From the human T2T-CHM13v2.0 reference genome, Homo sapiens, in assembly GCF_009914755.1 (NCBI RefSeq), contig NC_060931.1: a DNA stretch of 64,000 bases; one strand, given 5' to 3'. How positions within the stretch are numbered: position 1 is the first letter of the stretch; each line of letters begins with the position of its first letter. Positions 1-13,084 of the stretch are shown here, piece by piece. The position numbers and the translations under genes were made by a program. A model generated the notes under the pieces. It searched no databases, was not told the origin of the DNA, and saw only the letters and a program-made list of their open reading frames with translations.

Positions 1-478
1 TCCTCATCTGTAAAATTAGCTGTGTGAATTGATCTCTGAGATCTCTTCTCGCTCTAAAGCACTATTGATTATCTAACCTCCACCTTTGGCCCTCTGAGAA
101 ACTCATAGAAGCTACTAGTGCTCAGTATCTAACGGCAGAATTTGATGAATGCTTTGGTTTAGGGAGACCACGTTGTGCACTACCTCCCAGGAAATGCCTG
201 GATGGATGAGATTTCCATCTGCTCAAGCCCTGGAGACAGCTTGTATTAACTCTGCAGGAATGTTTTTTATTCAATGTGTTTTTGTCTCTCTGGAATCCAT
301 TTGATAGTTTCTCTCCTTTGGCACCTTCAGAAAGCTTTGTAGGACATTGACCTTCAATTCTATAGAAACTCCTGGGCTGCTGCATTCACTGTTTTGCTTT
401 TCCTAGAATTACTTATTGTCTAAAATGGATTTGGATAGAGGGGTCAAAAATGGACCGCAAACCCATGGCCTATTTGCA

Positions 479-481
<3 letters not shown>

Positions 482-517
<36 letters not shown>
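482..517. repeat. (AC)18 microsatellite
   Basis: Uninterrupted AC dinucleotide run. Confidence 0.97.
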
Positions 518-519
<2 letters not shown>

Positions 520-1744
520 GTTGGGGAATGGAGGGAAAGGGAGAAAGAGAGAGAGCACAATGGGAATATCTCATTGTCTTGGAGTCCTAAGTTCTCCCAG
601 GCATCAGTGAAGTGTATTTGCTGTCTAGGGACAGGGCTGGCTTCTCTCTAATTCATTTATCAAATCCCAGTCCTCACTGGTTTCAATCTCCCTTTTTTTT
701 CCCCTACAAATGATCTGACATTTAGTGTGTGGCAGCTCTAGAAATGATTTTTGAATTCTTATACGAGCTAAAGAACATGAAAGGGAAGTATCTGGTAACA
801 TTAAACCTAGAATAGCACCTGTCCCTGTCTCCACGCAGAAGCCCAGTGCCTCCTATTCAACCTTCAAACTCAGCTCAAGTATCACTTCCTTTGAAAAGAT
901 TTCCTTAATTGTCCCAGACAAGGTGAGACACTCCCTCCTATTTTTTCTCCTGGATTACATCATAATTCTATGGCAATATATACATGTTTCTCTTAAAATA
1001 AATATCACCTTGAATTATAATTGTAGATGAGAAAAAAGTTAGTAAAATGAGACTCATCAGTTTGGGCTGGAAACAAAAAACTGTATTGCCACATTTTAAG
1101 GAGAAGAGCTAGATGGTTATATAGGCATTGCCTGAGGAATCAACTAAAGCTGGCTGTGTCTGTGCACCATTAATGTTTCACCTCCATCCCCTGTGAGAAG
1201 GTGAGGTTGAGGAGGCTGAGGAAGGAAATTCCTTTGAGGAGGGCTTTCAGAATAATCGGACACTTCCCTCCACTTGGCTGCCTCACCACTGCCATGGGGA
1301 TGGGGAAAATGGGATGTGCTATTCTTGCCTCATGATGACTGAAAGGCAATTCAAGAAAACTACGTGGAGGCTGCAGAAATTTCCCCTGGAGTGTACAGAA
1401 TCGACAGCCTGTCGTCTGATCCCCAGATAAGCTCAAAGAGAGAGGATGCGGCTGCAGCTCCATGGCCAGCAGCAAAGCCAAGAAGAGTGGTTTTTGTGAG
1501 CAAGCGTCATCTCCACAGACAGCAACACAGAGCTGCGGATCTTCTGAACATTCTTCTTTTTGGAGATGCCTGGGGATTGTCTTCAAAATGATCCATTTCA
1601 GGAAGATCACCATGGGAGAGAGGAATCCTGAGAGGGAGGTGGTCCATAGACACTCGGGGGCAAAGGGGAGAATTGTGGGGGCAGCTGGGATGAGGCGTTT
1701 CTCAGTTGGAAGGACAGAGAATCTTAAGAAATGTAGAAACACAA

Positions 1745-1878
1745 GAGGAGGAAGAGACAGAGATAGAGAGACAGAGACAGAGAAAGACAGAAACACAAAG
1801 ATGGAGAGACAGGCAGAGGTAGAGAGACAGAGAGAGATGCACACACACAAAGGAGGAGGGGAGATAGAGGAGGGAGAG
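1745..1878. repeat. GA-rich low-complexity tract
   Basis: Repeated GAGACA/GAGAGA motifs. Confidence 0.8.
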
Positions 1879-2724
1879 TTGTTTATGCAACCCAGGGGGC
1901 ACCAATGCCAATCAACAGTTGTACCTTCCCTGTAAATGTAAAAGGCACCTTCTCTCCTGATGCCCTTGCACCTACATTCAGCCTTGGAAGCGTCAGCCAT
2001 AGGAGCTAGTGAGGCAGGGATGAAGTTGAAGAAAAATCAGCAACTGACCACACTTTCCTTCCTGGCCTTGTCTGTCCAGTGACCTCAGCAAGGGCTCCTC
2101 TCGGCTCTTCCATATTTGGTTTGCTCTCTGATTGACATCCAGCTCTTTTCTGTGTCCTACACCCTGAATGCCTTTTCCACTCCCTTACACGGTCACCACC
2201 AACCTTCTGAACTCAGCTGAGGCACATATTTAATATGATTCCATTCCTGGATCATTTGTATCTCTGAAATTCTTCATCCGTGGTGAGCACTAGCATGTCT
2301 AAGGGCACGACACAAAGCACATGGTTGTGGCAGCACCCCTTGCAGGATAGCGGAAGGCTTGCCCATGGCAGAAACTAAACTGGTCTGTGGAGGGTCTGCC
2401 AGGTAGGGAATAGGGTCCAAGTAGGAAACAAGCTGTATTTGATTTGGACAGTGGTTGGCGGAAGCAGAATCTCCAATGAAGACTGCAGAGTTCTGGTGCA
2501 GATCAAGGAATCTGGAAATGCGGGCTCTTCAGCCAGGCTGTCTTCTGGGAACTTGCTACCACATAGAGTGTCCTGCCGGGCTGTGGTTCTGGAGGAGAGT
2601 CTTATGCTGGAAGAAAGAGTCCTGTGTACTGGAATGGGTAAAGAATGTGACACTTTCATTTATTCATCCATATAATTCAGTTCCACTTTGAAAAAATTAG
2701 GTGTGGTTGACATGATTCTGGACT

Positions 2725-2886
2725 CATGGTTTTCAAACATTCGTGTGCATAGGCATCACTTGGGGGACCAATACTGATTCTTGGGACTCACACTGTGATT
2801 CGAGTTTGGGGTGGGCCCTGGAAATATGTACTGGAATAAGTTTTCCAGGTGACACGACAGATGGTTCCCAGACCCTCAGACCACTA
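2725..2886. mobile_element. MER5-like hAT-Charlie MITE remnant
   Basis: catggttttcaaac...gcatcacttgggg...ggggtgggccctggaaat...ccaggtgac...accact resembles MER5A. Confidence 0.6.
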
Positions 2887-3894
2887 GGCATGTGACCTCC
2901 CACCAATTTCCACTTTTCTAGAGGCTGAACACAGACTTTGCCTTTTCTGCTTCTCTCTCCCAGTGTTATGTAATTAAAGCTAAGCCTTTGAGCAATTCAA
3001 GAGGGGCTGGTGGATGGAGGTTGCAATTAGATTTTTCTGCAGTAGCGTGACAACGGATTATTTCAGCCCATGGAGAGGCAGGTGGGGACTGATTGTAACA
3101 ATGGGCAGAAAGGTCTGTGAGTCACTCTCCCGTCTTACTAAATGTTTGCCCACACGGAAGATTTGTTCCATCACTTCATAATGATGCTATGAAATTGTGC
3201 TTCCTCCTTGGCACTGCCTGCTGAGTAATTTATAGGACACAGAGGACGAGGCAAGTAATTAGGTTTTGTTTTTTGTTATCGTTGGGTGACTCAAATGCAG
3301 TTGTTTTCTTGTCATTCCTGATTTCTGCAAAGTGCGCTGCTCTGACACATCCACGTGTGGAAGCCAGAGCATATTTAGTTTATCTGAAAAGTACCTTCTT
3401 TCAACACTGTTTTTCTTTCTGCACACAACAGAGATTAAAAATAGAAACCATTAGCCCCACAGGGAGTGGGGAGCAGAACCCCTGGGTTCTGAACAGCTTA
3501 GGTAGTTTAGAACAAACAAACATTTCTCATCTATTTTTAGTAGAGAAGGCAGTATTTCCAACAAGTGGACTTTAAAAAACAAACAAACAAACAAACAAAC
3601 AAAACCTGTGGAGATTGTTTCTTAGTGGCACAAATCATTCCTTAGACACTTACCCAAGGGATGACTTGGATGCCAGGTTTGCATGCAAAAAAGAAGCTCT
3701 CCAGCAGATGCTAAAGTGGCTTTTGTTGTGTTTTTTCAAGGAATGGGTAGTTTCTAGATGACCTATAATGTATTATTCTTTCCCTTGCTCAGTGCTGCTA
3801 TTTACAGCCTCAAGAACAGAACAAAGCAGACCAGCTTGTTGTGGTACTGAAATTATGCAGTCTGCTTCACAAGTATTGTGGCTAAATGGCCCCC

Positions 3895-3990
3895 TTCGTT
3901 AATTCACTCATTCATTCCACATATGTTAATAAAGAACTTGATGCTGGATACTGTCCTAAGCCCTGGGGATACAGCTGTGAGCAAAACGGG
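3895..3990 (-). mobile_element. L2 3' end fragment
   Basis: ttcattcattc...gtcctaagccctggggatacagctgtgagcaaaac is a typical reverse L2 tail. Confidence 0.6.
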
Positions 3991-4148
3991 AATACATTTC
4001 TGTGATAAGGTTAAAGTCTGATTCCAGGGCCTTTCCGTTAGTGGTTTCGGTATGACTTTGGAAAAGGTGACAAAACTCCTTGAACCTGAATTTCCTCACT
4101 TGTCAAATGAGTTTTGTGTTATCAGTGTTTCTCAAAATTTCCTCCTCA

Positions 4149-4471
<323 letters not shown>

Positions 4472-4560
4472 TTCCTTTGTCATAAGCATCCCCAGGAATG
4501 TTTGGTGAGCAGAAGCGGCTCCCTTGGAGGCTCTGAGGCTCTGATTCAGTATGTCTGGAC

Positions 4561-4879
4561 CAGCCTTGTCCAGTGGAAATACAATGTGAGCCACACATAG
4601 AATTTCAAATTTTATGGCAGCTATAGTTTTTGAAAAGTAAAAATAAATAGATGAAATTAATTCTAATACCTTGTATTTAATTTACTATATTTGAAATCTC
4701 AACATTTCAACACAGAACTAATTTAAAGTAGTAATGAGTTATTTTGCCTTCTTCTTTTGCATTTAGTCTTCAAAATCTATTGCGTTTCCTACACTTGTAG
4801 CACAACTCAATTCAAAGCAGCCACATGTCATGTGCTCAGCAGCCACCAGTGGCCAGTGGCCACCATATTCGACAATGCA
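4561..4879. mobile_element. MER33 (hAT-Charlie)
   Basis: cagccttgtccagtggaaatacaatgtgagccac...gtggccaccatattcgacaatgca matches the MER33 ends as recalled. Confidence 0.75.
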
Positions 4880-5159
4880 TGGGTCCTTGGAATCTACCTT
4901 TAACAAATGGCCCAGGTGGTTCTTATGATGGAGCAAGTGGAGAGAGTAGTCTAGGTGCTCTCTAAGTGAGCTCCCAACTCTAATATTCTATCAGAATATG
5001 AAGGGTTGGGGAAAGCACATTAGTGGGTCTACCACTCAATTGGCAATTAACGCATGTTCATATTTTCAGAACATCAATTTCAAGACTGATTTTACTTTCC
5101 TCTGTTTTCTCTCCCTCCCATCCTCCATGTCTTTTAAGCTGCCAATCAGGAAGACATAA

Positions 5160-5500
5160 TGGTATTGGAGATGATTCAGAGAAGAGAATTTCAAATGATC
5201 AAGGGGATAAGAAAGCTGTCTTATAAGGATAAACTACAAAGAACAAAAGTTTTCAAGCTAGAAAAACCAGGCTGAAAAGTAAGGATGATCAAAGTCTCTA
5301 AAGTTATGAAGTCGATGGAAAAAATGAACATGAATGTTTTAAAATCGAAAAATAGCACAACAACAGGAACAATTGGGAAGCCATAGGACAAAATAATGAG
5401 AAAAAAGTACATTAGGCAGCAGATACAGAAGTTAGAGAACTCATTCCCTATGGTATAGAAAAGGATATATTGCAAACAATTCAAATAACATTTTGGCATG
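5160..5500 (+). mobile_element. L3/CR1 LINE 3' fragment
   Basis: ggagatgattcagagaagag...atgatcaagggg...tcttataagga...ttcaagctagaaaa...atgatcaaagtctctaaa resembles the CR1 ORF2 3' end. Confidence 0.6.
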
Positions 5501-5679
5501 AGTCATACCTTCTTACAATATCCCAAGACATTCTGTATATCCTTAGTAAGTAGTTAAGTTTGATTTTAGAAAGAACACTTTCTATCTGTACATCTATCCT
5601 CCCGCCCATGTATCTGCTCATTAAATTTTATAAAGGCCTAAACTGTAAAATAGGTTTTGTTGGGGGATTTTAATATGTA

Positions 5680-5795
5680 GAACATCATTTAATATACTCA
5701 ATAATCCTCCAAAGTACATACTATTATATCTATTTAAGAGATGAGAAAGGCCTCAGAGAGATTAAGTGACTTGTCCAATGCATTTGGCTGGCAAG
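5680..5795 (-). mobile_element. MIR
   Basis: agatgagaaaggcctcagagagattaagtgacttgtccaa is the MIR core. Confidence 0.7.
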
Positions 5796-5964
5796 TCATG
5801 TTAATGATTGGTGTATTTTTAAAATAAATTTCATTGTATATATTTAAGGTAAACAACATGATGTTATAAAATGCATTTATATATATGCAGTCTCCCCTTA
5901 TCCATGATTTTGGTTATCTTAGTTTCAGTTACCCAAAGTCAACTGTGATCCAAAAATAAATGAG

Positions 5965-6365
5965 GACAGAAAGTTGAAAACTCCATGTTCTTAGTCATAT
6001 GTAGAAGCCAAAAAAAAAGTTGATCTGACAGAAACAAAAAGTAAGACATTGGATACTAGAGGCTGGGAAGGGTGGTGGAAGGGGAAATAGGGGGAGATTT
6101 GTTAAAGAACACAAAATTATAGATAGATAAGAAGAATAACTTCTAGTGTTCTACATTACTGTAGGATGACTATAGTTAACAATGATATATAGTTTCAAAT
6201 AGCTAGGAGGATATTGAATGTCTGACACAAAGAAATGATAAATTTTTGAGATGATGGGTATGCTAATTGCCCTTATCTGATTACTATATATGATGTGTAA
6301 TACAATTAATATCTATATCATAAATATGTACAATATGTCATTTAGAAATTAAAATATTTTTTAAA
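5965..6365 (+). mobile_element. L1MA 3' UTR fragment
   Basis: gatactagaggctgggaagggt...gaataacttctagtgttcta...gagatgatgggtatgctaatt. Confidence 0.8.
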
Positions 6366-6500
6366 AGATATTTTGAGAGAAACCATATTCACATAACTTT
6401 TATTAAAGTGTACTATTATAATCATTCCATTTTATTATTAATTATTGTTGTTAATCTCTTATTGTGCCTAATTTATAAATTAAATTTTATCCTATGTGTG

Positions 6501-8489
6501 TGATATGGTTTGGCTATTTCTCCACAACCCCAAATCCCACCTTGAATTGTATTAATCCCCACGTATCAAAGGCAGGGCCAGACAGAGACAGTTGAATCAT
6601 GGGGGCAGTCTCCCACATACTGTTCTCTTGGTAGTGAATGGGCCTCACAAAAATCCGATGGTTATATAAACAGGCATTTCCCTACACATGCTCTCTTGCC
6701 TGCCACCATGTAAGATGCTCCTTTGCTTTTCCTTTGTCTTCCACCTTGATTGTGAGGCCTCCCCAGCCGTGTGTAACTGTGAGTCCATTAAACCTCTTCC
6801 CTTTATAAATTACGCAGTCACAGGTATGTCTTGTTAGCAGCATGAGAACAGACTGACACAGTAAATTGTACCAGTAGAGTAAGGTGCTGCTGTAAAGATA
6901 CCTGAAAATGTGGAAGTGACTTTACAACTGGGTAACAGGCAGAGGCTGGAGCAGTTTGGAAGGCTCAGAAGAGGACAGGAAGATGTGGGAAAGTTTGGAA
7001 CTTCCTAGAGATTTAGAATGGCTTTGACCAAAATGCTGATAGTAATATAGAGAATGAAGTCCAGGTTGAGATGGTCCCAGATGGAGATGAAGAACTTGTT
7101 GGGAACTGAAATAAAGGTGACTCTTGCTATGTTTTAGCAAACAGACTGTTGGCATTTTGCCCCTGCCCTAGAGATCTGTGGAACTTTGAACTTGAGAGAG
7201 ATGATTTAGGGTATCTGGTGGAAAAAAATTTCTAAGTGGCAAAGTGTTCAAGAAGAAGCAGAGCATGAAAGTTTGAAAAATTTGCAACGTGACAGTACAG
7301 TAGAAAAGAAAAACCCATTTTCTGGGAAGAAATTCAAGCCAGCTGCAGAAATTTGCATAAGTAATGAAGAGCCAAATGTTAATCACCAAGACAGTGGGGA
7401 AATTGTCTCCAGGGCATGTCAGAGACATTTGCAGCAGCCCCTCCCATCCCAGGCCCAGAGGCCTAGGAGGAAAATACGGTTTTGTGGGCTGGGCCCAAGG
7501 CCCACCTGCTGTGTGCAACCTAGAGACTTGGTGCCCTGTGTCTCAACTGCTCCCACCATGGCTAACAGGGGCCAAGGTGCAGCTCAGGCTGTGGCTTCAG
7601 AGGGTACAAGCCTCAAGTCTTGGCAACTTCCAACAGCTGTTGAGCCTGCGGGTGCATAGAAGTCAATAGTTGAAGTTTGGGAACCTCTGCCTAGTTTTCA
7701 GAGAATGTATCGAAGTGCCTGGATGTCCAGGCAGAAGTTTGCTGCAGGGGTGGGGCCCTCATGGAGAACCTCTGCTAGGGCAGTGCAGAAGGGAAATGTG
7801 GGGTTGGAGCTCCCACACAGAGTCCCCACTGGGGTAGTACCTAGTAGAGCTGTGGGAAAAGGACCATTGTCCTCCAGACCCAACAGCTTGCACTGTATGC
7901 CTGGACCTGTATGTATCCACAGATACTCAACACCAGCTGGCAAAAGCAGCTGGAAGGGGGCTGTCCCTGCAAATCCACAGGAGTGGGGCTGCCCAATGCC
8001 AGGGGAGCCCACTTCTTGCATCAGCATGACCCAGGCTTGAGACATGGAGTCAAAGGAGATCATTTTGGAACTTAAAGGTTTAATGATGACCCTGTTGGGT
8101 TTTGGACTTGCATAGGGCCTGTATCCCCTTTGTTTTGGCCACTTTCTCCTATTTGGAATGGGTGTATTCAATGCCTGTATCCCCACTGTATCTAGCAAGT
8201 AATTAACTTGGTTTCAATTTTACAGGCTCATAGGTGGAAGGGAATTGCCTTGCCTCAGAAAAGACTTTGGACTATGGACTTTTGAGTTAATGCTGAAATA
8301 AGTTAAGTCTTTGGAGAACTGTTGGGAAGGCATGATTGGTTTTGAAATGTGAGTACCTGAGATTTGGGAGGGGCTGGGGTGGAATGATGCGGTTTGGCTG
8401 TGTCCCCACCTAAATCTTACCTTGAATTGTAATAATCCTCATGTGTCAATGGTATGTCTTCATTAGCAGCATAAGAACAGACTAATATA
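6501..8489 (+). mobile_element. THE1 (THE1C-like) MaLR provirus: LTR 6501-6860, internal 6861-8384, internally deleted LTR 8385-8489
   Basis: LTR starts tgatatggtttggct and ends ...gactgacaca; internal region is homologous to the other THE1-int copies; degenerate TSD gtgtg/gtatg. Confidence 0.93.
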
Positions 8490-8604
8490 GTATGTATGTA
8501 TGGGAGAAAAATAGTATGTGTTGGGTTTGGTACTTCAGGCATTCACTGGGGGTCTTGGAACATATACTCCAGGGATAAGGGTAGACTACTCTAAAATGGT
8601 TACT

Positions 8605-8947
8605 TTCTTAGTTTGTTTTTCATTGCTGTTACAGAATACTACAGACTAGGTAATTTATACATAAAAGTTTATTTGGCACACAGTCTGGAGGCTGGGAAGT
8701 CCAAGAGATTGGTTTCAGCCACTGGCAAGTGTTCTTCCATGGTAGAAGGATGACAGGCAGAAGGGAGTACATGAGACAGAGGAAAAAATAGGGCCAAACC
8801 CCCGTGATACCACAATAGCAATAATCCATTCATGACAGTGCTACCCTCACAATCCAATCACCTCTCAAATGCCTGACCTTCCAATGCCATTACAATGGCA
8901 ATTCAGTTTCCAGCATGAGTTTTGGAGGAGACATTCAGACCATATCA
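8605..8947 (-). mobile_element. MST-type (MSTC/D-like) solo LTR
   Basis: Ends attcagaccatatca (reverse complement of TGATATGG...); gttac repeated on both sides. Confidence 0.8.
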
Positions 8948-9801
8948 GTTACTATAGTGGGACAAGTTCATTGTAACTACATTTAGTGCTCTATACAAAA
9001 GGCAGGATGTGGGGACGGATCTCTATGAAGCTGGCCCAGGATATTCTTATGAGTACACTGGAAACTTCCTTTTCTCAGAAGATCTGTCACCAAGACTGAA
9101 TTGAGTGCTTCTGCCAGAACTCCATGGTACAAAGCCAGCACTCCCAGTACCCATGTCATGTGTAGGTTTTTGGAAATGCCCTGCCAGTGCTTCTGGGAGC
9201 CTTTGTATTACTATCACAGAGCAGTTGCAGATGTGCTCAATCAGTTTGGTTTGTTAATCTTTCATGAGACAATACAGTGTGACAACCTTTAGGAAATACT
9301 AAACTTTGTTAGAATCATAAAAGCACACACTATCAAAACTAGAGGAAACCATTAAGTTGATCTTTTCCAACTTGATTGTTCACATTAATGACTCAACTGA
9401 TACGTATTAGTGACCTTAGACCAGAGCTGGAATTAGAATCAGTAGCCTGGGTCCCAGTCCAAAGCCCTTTTCAAGTTAGTAGGTTTTGCAGACAATGACC
9501 TTTCATTGGTATCTAGTATGCAAAGTAAGTCAGCATTTGACATTTTATTTCTTGATATTTGATTGGGGTACCTGAAATATGTCACATTGAACTGAAAAAC
9601 ATCAGGACTAATAATATGCAAAAATTATTTACAGCTTGTAATTGAAGATTAAATGTTGAAGAAAATTATTCTGGGTGACTTCAGAGGAGAGGCTTACATT
9701 TCTCCCCTTTCTTTTTGTTATGTTCTACTTTTGAGTTCTTTGCACATGTTATTTTCTCCATCTGGAATATCTTCCTCACTCATCTTTCTCTATTTGGTCC
9801 A

Positions 9802-12087
9802 TGATATTGTTTGGCTCTGTGTTCCCACCCAAATCTCATCTTGAATTGTAATCCTAGAATTCCCATGTGTTGTAGGAGGGACCCAATGGGAGATAATTTG
9901 AATCACAGGGGCAGTTTCCCCCACTCTGTTCTCGTGGTGGTGAATAAGTCTCAAGAGATCTAATGGTTTTATCAGGGGCTTCCACTTTTGCATCTTCCTC
10001 ATTTTCTCTTGCTGCTGCCATGTAAGAAGTGCCTTTCCCCTCCTGCCATGATTCTGAGGTCTCCCCAGCCATATGGAACTGTAAGTCCAATTAAACCTTT
10101 TTTTCTCCCCAGTCTTGAGTGTGTCTTTATCAGCAGCATGAAAATGGACTAATACAGTAAGTTGGTACTAGTAGAGTGGGGTGCTGCTGAAAAGATACCC
10201 GAAAATGTGGAAGTGACTTTGGAACTGGGTAGCAGGCAGAGGCTGGAACAGTTTGGAGTGCTCAGAAGAAGACCAGAAAATGTGGGAAAGTCTGGAACTC
10301 CCTAGAGACTTGTTGAATGGTTTTGAACAAAAAGCTGATAGTGATATGGATGATGAAATTCAGGCTGAGGTGGTTTCAGATGGAGACGAGGAACCTGTTG
10401 GGAACTGGAGCAAAGGTGACTCTTTTTATGTTTTAGCAAGGAGACTGGTGGCATTTTGCCCCTGCCCTAGAGATCTGTGGAACTTTGAACTTGAGAGAGA
10501 TGATTTAGGGTATCTGGCAGAAGAAATTTCTAAGCAGCAAAGCATTCAAGAGGTAGCTTGGGTGCTGTCAAAGGCATTCAGTTTTAAAAGGGAAACAGAA
10601 CATAAAATTTGCAAAATTTGCAGCTTGACAATGAAATAGAAAAGAAAATCCAATTTTCTGAGAAGAAATCCAAGCTGGCTGCAGAAATTTGTATAAGTAA
10701 TGAGGAGCCAAATGTTAATACCCAAGACAATGAGGAAAATGTCTCCAGGGCATGTCAGAGGTCTCCATGGCAGCCTCTTCCATCACAGGCCTGGAGGCCT
10801 AGGAGGAGAAGGTGGTTTTGTGTGGATGGGCCCAGGGTCCCTATGCTGTGTGCAGCCTAGGGACTTTGTGCCCTGCATCCCAGCTGCTCCAGCTGTGGAT
10901 GAAAGGGCCAACATAGAGCTTGAGTGATGGCTTCAAAGGGTATAAGCCCCAAGCCTTGGCAGCTTCCAAGTGGTGTTGAGCCTGTAGGTGCACATAAGTC
11001 AAGAACTGGGGTTTGGAAACCTCTTCCTAGATTTCAGAAGATGTATGGAAATGCCTGGATGCCCAGGCAGAAGTTTGCTGCAGGGATGGGGCTCTCATGG
11101 AGAACCTCTGCTAGGGCAGTGCAGAAGGGAAATGTGGGATTGGAGCCCCCACACAGAGTTCCTACTGGTACACTGCCTAGTGGAGCTGTAAAAAAAGAGG
11201 GCCTTCATCCTTCAGACCCCAGAATGGTAGATCCACCTACAGCTTGCACTGTGTACCTGGAAAAGTCACAGATACTCAACACCAGCTCATGAAAGCAGCT
11301 GGGAGGGAGGCTGTACCCTGCAAAGCTACAAAGGCAGAGCTGCCCAAGACCATGGGAACCCACCTCTTGCATCAGTGTGACCTGGATTTGAGACCTGAAG
11401 TAAAAGGAGATGATCTTGGAACTTTAAAATTTGACTGCCCCGCTGGATTTCAGACTTGTGTGGGCCCTGTAACCCCCCGTTTTGGCCAGTTTCTCCATTT
11501 GGAATGGCTGTATTTACCCAATACCTGATCCCCCACTGTATCTAGGAAGTAACTAGCTTGCTTTTGATTTTACAGTCTCGTAGGTGAAAGGGACTTGCCT
11601 TGTCTCAGATGAGACTTTGGACTGTGGACTTCTGGGTTAATGCTGAAATGAGTTAAGACTTTGGGGGACTATTGGGAAGGCATGATTGGTTTTGAAATAT
11701 GAGGACAAGAGATTTGGAGGGGCCAGGAGTGGAATGATATGGTTTGGCTCTGTGTCCCCACCCAAATCTCATCTTGAATTGTACTCTCAGAATTCCCATG
11801 TATTGTGGGGGGACCTGGTGGGAGATAATTGAATCATGGGGGTGGTTTCCCCCATATTGTTCTCTTGATACTGAATAAGTCTCACGAGTTCTGAAGGTTT
11901 TATCAGCGGTTTGCACTTTTGCTTCTTCTTCATTTTCTTTTGCCACAGCCATGTAAGAACTGCCTTTTGCCTCCTGCCATGATTCTGAGGCCTCCCCAGC
12001 CATGTGGAACTGTAAGTCCAATTAAACCTCTTTTTCTTCCCACTTTTGGGTATGTCTTTATCAGCAGCATGAAAACGAACTAATGCA
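9802..12087 (+). mobile_element. THE1A full provirus: LTR 9802-10156, internal 10157-11734, LTR 11735-12087
   Basis: Two similar ~355-bp LTRs; perfect 5-bp TSD GTCCA at 9797-9801 and 12088-12092. Confidence 0.96.
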
Positions 12088-12109
12088 GTCCACATTCTGT
12101 GATATCCAC

Positions 12110-13084
12110 TGTATTCATTGGAATAGAACAGATATGCTGTGGTGGCAAAAGAAAAGCCCTGGAAAGACTGTATTTCTCACAACACTGTCAGCTATGGGTT
12201 GAGTGGCTTCTCTGCATAGGCTCCCCTGCAGTGCTCCCTTGCATAGGTCTTCTGCATGGGTCTCCTGTAAGCTCTCCTACATGGGTCTCCTGAAGGTTCT
12301 CCTGCTGGGTCTCCTGCAGTGTTCTCCTGCATGGGTCCTTTGCATGGTCTCCTATCAGCTCTCCTGTCTGAGTCTCCTGAAAGTTCTTCTGCTGGGTCTC
12401 CTACAGTGCTCTCCTGCATGGGTCTTCTGCATGCATCTTTTGCAGTGATTCCCTGCATGGGTCTTCTGCATGAGTCTCCTGCAAGCACTCCTACATGGGT
12501 CTCCTGCAGTGCTCTCCTACGTGGGTCTTCTGCATCCAACTTCTGTAGAGCTCCCCTGCATGAGTCTTCTGCATGAGTATCCTGCAAGCTTTTCTGCATG
12601 GATCTTCTGTAATGCTCCCCTGCATGGGTCTTCTGCATCCATTTCCTGTAGTGCTCCCCTGCTGACTATTTTGCATGGGTCTTCTGCAGTGCTCCCCTGC
12701 AGGGGTCTTTTGCATGGGTCTCTTGCAATACTGTCCTGCATGACTCTGCTTTGTGGCTTTCCTGTTGACACAGGCTCTCTTATTGGCAGAGATCTAAACT
12801 ACTTCCATATTGCAGTGCCTCCATGTTAGAGTCCTTTCCTTCTAGCCACATGGTGAGAGGCAGTGAGAGACAGAGAGAGAGGAGAGAAAGGAGAAGTAAG
12901 ATGAAAGTGCAGATGCCTAGAAAAGACACATACGCTGGTATTTGCCTCAGACCTCAGCTAGCAAGAGAGACACCATTCCTGCTCATGTCCCAAGAATTAG
13001 TTAAATGACCTCATCCAGGTATCCTGGTCTGGAAGTTAGGAGGATCATATGGGTACTTGGTGAGTAGGAATGGTCTCTGCCATG
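12110..13084 (-). mobile_element. Old MLT1 (J/K/L-like) LTR hosting a minisatellite
   Basis: tgtattcatt...tatgctgtggtggcaaa...tatttctcac on the left and ttcctgctcatgtccc...cttggtgagt...gtctctgcca on the right. Confidence 0.55.
12212..12748. repeat. Degenerate minisatellite, 12-13-bp units (ctgcatgggtctt / ctgcagtgctccc / ctgcaagctctc), roughly 40 units
   Basis: Directly visible periodicity; translated frames repeat RRPMQ/LLHGS. Confidence 0.93.

Larger units (their letters stand above)
5888..8591. mobile_element. MER44A (Tigger family) split by L1 and THE1 insertions
   Basis: Left end cagtctccccttatcc, middle piece about 6370-6500, right end ggataagggtagactactc. Same family as the intact copy at 19201-19518. 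Confidence 0.75.

Noticed and set aside
1170-2000. Longest ORF (276 aa, minus strand)
   Set aside because: Reads through the GA/TC low-complexity tract; no recognisable domain.
7273-11528. THE1-internal ORFs (also 39284-40643)
   Set aside because: Fragmented MaLR internal frames with stops and frameshifts; no intact gene.
11990-12004. PRDM9 hotspot motif in THE1 LTRs
   Set aside because: The copies read CCTCCCCAGCCAT or variants, not the hotspot-associated CCTCCCT..CCAC form.
12192-12829. Repetitive-protein ORFs or a CRISPR-like array
   Set aside because: Units are degenerate and contiguous with no unique spacers, and the context is primate; the ORFs are by-products of a stop-poor repeat.
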